Position numbers and translations under genes: made by a program. 19,453 nt of DNA from an uncultured bacterium. Lineage in GTDB: Bacteria; Patescibacteriota; JACMRA01. Below, piece by piece: positions 16,646 to 19,453 of the stretch. Position 1 is the first letter of the stretch. The number at the start of each line of letters is the position of its first letter. The stretch is from NCBI GenBank assembly GCA_963784355.1, contig CAWAQU010000004.1, positions 1 through 19,453 on the forward strand. The letters run 5' to 3'. The notes below the pieces were generated by a model. That model was not told the DNA's origin. It was given only the letters and a program-made list of their open reading frames with translations, and searched no databases.

Positions 16646-18106
16646 CTAGTTAGTCAATTTTTTAATAAATATATCTCTAAATTTCTGGGGATTTCCTTTA
16701 CCTCTTGATTCTTTCATAGATTGCCCTACTAAATAATCTAAAATCTGAACTTTACCTGATTTATACTGCTCAACTTGGGCAGGATTTTTTTCAATCACAG
16801 TATTTACAAATTCCTCTAAAGCTGAATCATCATTTTCCTGAATAAGTCCATTTGTTTCAACTACTTCTTGTGCATTTGCTTGGAAATCGTTTGCTAAAAT
16901 TTCTAAAGATTTGCTTAGGCCTTGGTTATTAATTTTTTTCTCTGAAAGCAGTTGACTTAAAACTAGTAAATTTTCTTTGGATATTAGCTCTTGAATTGGT
17001 TTATTTTGTTTTTCAGAAAGTGCTAAAAGATTGACTGTAATTATATTAGCAACTGCCCTTATCAGGTCTTTATTTTCTACTTGTTGCAAAATCTCGTCAA
17101 AAAAGTGACCCACAACTTCTTTATTTACAAAAGTATTTACGGTTTGCAGATTTAGCCCTAATTCTAAATACCTTTGCCTTTGCACTTGTGGTAATTCCGG
17201 TAGATCATTGATACTAGGAATATCTTCAGATTTAATTTCTAAAATTCTAAGATCCGGTTCCGGGAAGTATCTGTAATCTTGAGCTTCTTCTTTACTTCTC
17301 TGGCTTTCGGACTTGTTTAAATCATCCCTCCATCCTCTAGTTTCTTGGGAAGGTATTTGTCCATTGTTTAATAGCTCAGTTTGTCGCTTGATTTCAAATT
17401 CCACAGCTCTACCAATGGCTCGAATGGAATTAATATTTTTGACTTCTACTTTGTACTTAGGTAATCTACCTGCCGCGTGTTCTTCTTCAGTTTGCAGCGA
17501 AAGGTTGCAATCAAAACGCATTTGCCCTTTTTCCATGTCTGCATCTGAAATACCAATTTTTCTAACCAAAAGCTGTAATTCAGCTACATAAGCCATTGCT
17601 TCAGCACTATCTTTCACAACGGGATCAGTTACAATTTCAATTAAAGGCGCTCCTGAGCGATTAAAATCCACGTAGGTTTTACCACCTGCATGCATTAATT
17701 TTCCTGCATCTGCCTCTAAATGAGCTCTTGTCAAAGCTACTGAACAGGGTTTAAACTGGCCATTATTTTTGTCTTCAATATAAAAATCCACTCGACCTTG
17801 CTCAATAATAGGGTTATCGTACTGGCTAATTTGGTAACCGGCAGGAAGGTCAGGGTAAAAATAGTTTTTGCGATCCCATCGTGTTTTTTCAGGAATAGTT
17901 CCATTTATAGCTACACCAAATTTAATAGCTTTTTTAACAGCTTCTTTATTTAGAGCGGGTAAAGCACCAGGTTGACCTGTACAAAACGGACAAATATTTT
18001 TATTTGGTTCATCAGGAGCATATTCATTTAAGCAGCTACAAAACAGCTTTGTTTTAGTATTTAATTGTACATGGGTTTCGATACCGATTACAGGATAATA
18101 GGCCAT
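16646..18106 (-). CDS. gatB: Asp/Glu-tRNA amidotransferase subunit B
   Basis: VIGIETHVQL.TKTKLFC, DRKNYFYPDLP.GYQISQ, HLE.DAGK, NRSG.PLIEIV, EVKNINS and YRYFPEPDL motifs; YqeY-like tail. Confidence 0.97.
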   Translation of the reverse strand: MAYYPVIGIETHVQLNTKTKLFCSCLNEYAPDEPNKNICPFCTGQPGALPALNKEAVKKAIKFGVAINGTIPEKTRWDRKNYFYPDLPAGYQISQYDNPIIEQGRVDFYIEDKNNGQFKPCSVALTRAHLEADAGKLMHAGGKTYVDFNRSGAPLIEIVTDPVVKDSAEAMAYVAELQLLVRKIGISDADMEKGQMRFDCNLSLQTEEEHAAGRLPKYKVEVKNINSIRAIGRAVEFEIKRQTELLNNGQIPSQETRGWRDDLNKSESQRSKEEAQDYRYFPEPDLRILEIKSEDIPSINDLPELPQVQRQRYLELGLNLQTVNTFVNKEVVGHFFDEILQQVENKDLIRAVANIITVNLLALSEKQNKPIQELISKENLLVLSQLLSEKKINNQGLSKSLEILANDFQANAQEVVETNGLIQENDDSALEEFVNTVIEKNPAQVEQYKSGKVQILDYLVGQSMKESRGKGNPQKFRDIFIKKLTN

Positions 18107-18154
18107 AATTACTTATTTCTTTACAAAATTTAGATCCTAGTCAAGTAATTCAAT

Positions 18155-19207
18155 ATGATTCTCAAATATCCCAAATACTTTATTCAAACAGAAGACTGGG
18201 CAAAAAACTGGGTAAACGCTAATCTTGCAGGTCACAACTTTTTTGTTCTTGAGGTGAAGGATTCTAAGTCAGAAAATTTACTAAAAGGTATAGTTTATCA
18301 ATATCCTTGGCACTTCAAACAAAACTTTTTGTATTTACCCAAAGGTCCATTTTTTAAATTAAATTCAGATATTTCACCAGAAGAAGTAAAATCACTTTTT
18401 GAGGAATTTTTAGAGAAATTGATTGCTCTTGGGAATCAGCAAAATTCGGCTTTTATTAAGGTTGATCTTGAAGATGAAGCCGGTAGACTGCTTAACTTGC
18501 ATAATCTAGACGATTTTAAACATTTTATTTCTCATTCAACCGTTCTAAAAAATAAGTTAAAAGTCACAAAATCCTATAAAACTATTCAATATTTGCATAC
18601 TTCTACTTTGGATCTTAGTTCTATTTTAAGATTAAATGTTACAGCAGAAAAGCTCGAAAACTCAGAATCACTAAAAAATTTCTTTCAAGACAGTAAGGAT
18701 TTTTGGAAAATAACCAATGAAAATATACGTAGATATACTAAAAAAAGTCTGGAAAAAGGTTGGAAAATTGCTACTACAAAATCTGAAGAAAACTTTAATC
18801 ATTTTTGGGAGGTCTACACCCATACCAGTAAACGTCAAAATTTTGCAATCAATACTAGGGAATATACGTACAGTATTTTTAAATCCAACTTTAGCCGAAT
18901 TATTATTCTAAAAGATGAATTTAACAAGCCTCAATGCGTGTGGCTAGGAATTGTGTCACCAGATACCCTGACTTATTTGTATGGAGGAAATACAGCTTTT
19001 TCTTTTGAAAATTACGGTCAGTATTTAATTCATTTGATAGCGATAGCTCAATGTGTTTATGAAAATCTAAAATTTTACGATCTTGGTGGCTATGATTCAG
19101 AAAAAGGTTTTGGTAAATTTAAGGAAGGATACAGGGGCGATTATAGGAGCTTCCTAGGGCCTTTGGATTTGCATTTACAACCACTCAAAGCTAGCTTAAA
19201 CCAATAA
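18155..19207 (+). CDS. FemABX/MurM-family peptidoglycan interpeptide-bridge aminoacyltransferase (3' end possibly frameshifted; true stop may be 19241)
   Basis: FIQTEDWA, LYLPKGP, RRYTKKS.EKG, YLYGG, YDLGG and GFGKFKEGY.G motifs. Confidence 0.85.
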   Translation: MILKYPKYFIQTEDWAKNWVNANLAGHNFFVLEVKDSKSENLLKGIVYQYPWHFKQNFLYLPKGPFFKLNSDISPEEVKSLFEEFLEKLIALGNQQNSAFIKVDLEDEAGRLLNLHNLDDFKHFISHSTVLKNKLKVTKSYKTIQYLHTSTLDLSSILRLNVTAEKLENSESLKNFFQDSKDFWKITNENIRRYTKKSLEKGWKIATTKSEENFNHFWEVYTHTSKRQNFAINTREYTYSIFKSNFSRIIILKDEFNKPQCVWLGIVSPDTLTYLYGGNTAFSFENYGQYLIHLIAIAQCVYENLKFYDLGGYDSEKGFGKFKEGYRGDYRSFLGPLDLHLQPLKASLNQ

Positions 19208-19337
19208 CATCATCAACTTAGCCAAAACATTCAAGAAATAGCCCTTTTTGCAATATTTGTGCAAATGTCGAGATTGTACTAGTTTGCAAATAATTTTTTA
19301 TTATCGAAGTTTATTTTGACGCTCTGATTAAACTGCT

Positions 19338-19453
19338 TTAGTCTTTAATTACAACCTTATCATTAATTTTAGCTGAGGTAATTGCTACAAGTTTAGTGGA
19401 GCATCTGTATTTTTTCTACAAAATGAATATCTCCAGGCTCCAAATGAATCATA
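19338..19453 (-). CDS. 3' end of a probable cupin-domain protein, partial, with two apparent indels
   Basis: Adding one A in each of two A-runs joins three frames into IHLEPGDIHFVEKNTDAPLKLVAITSAKINDKVVIKD*, resembling cupin motif 2. Confidence 0.5.

Noticed and set aside
1381-18911. Short overlapping or antisense ORFs in the track (e.g. 1381, 1789, 3276, 3923, 5059, 7064, 7072, 9832, 10750, 12759, 14257, 14683, 15142, 16189, 17313, 18717)
   Set aside because: All lie within well-supported genes on the other strand or frame and show no recognisable motifs
451-19453. Genetic code 25 (UGA = Gly)
   Set aside because: Conserved genes are full length under the standard code, and Gly positions use GGN codons

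Overview
Positions ~451-19453 are a gene-dense, AT-rich (roughly 30% GC by eye) bacterial chromosome segment that most resembles Patescibacteria/CPR. This is inferred from the CPR-type bS21, the secG plus orphan peptide-binding-protein pair, the FemABX ligase, the stand-alone gatB and the lack of Shine-Dalgarno motifs. It is mostly housekeeping: peroxiredoxin, dnaJ, ftsA, rpsU, rplS, secG, ppa, serS, Nudix hydrolase, beta-CASP nuclease, pyk, Xer-family recombinase, gatB and femABX. Positions 1-450 are roughly 70% GC, actinobacterial-looking DNA carrying a truncated GNAT gene, joined abruptly to the rest (probable chimera). The last ~260 nt show apparent homopolymer indel errors. The most interesting signals are: (1) a leaderless 12-codon uORF with competing hairpins in classical attenuator geometry upstream of serS; (2) a 600-aa orphan with a divergent protein-kinase-like domain and its own strong promoter; (3) a pyruvate kinase resembling plant plastid PK-beta; (4) T at position -1 of all 18 ATG starts, with no SD; (5) a degenerate CIRCE over the dnaJ promoter. 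No rRNA, tRNA, CRISPR or IS element was recognised.
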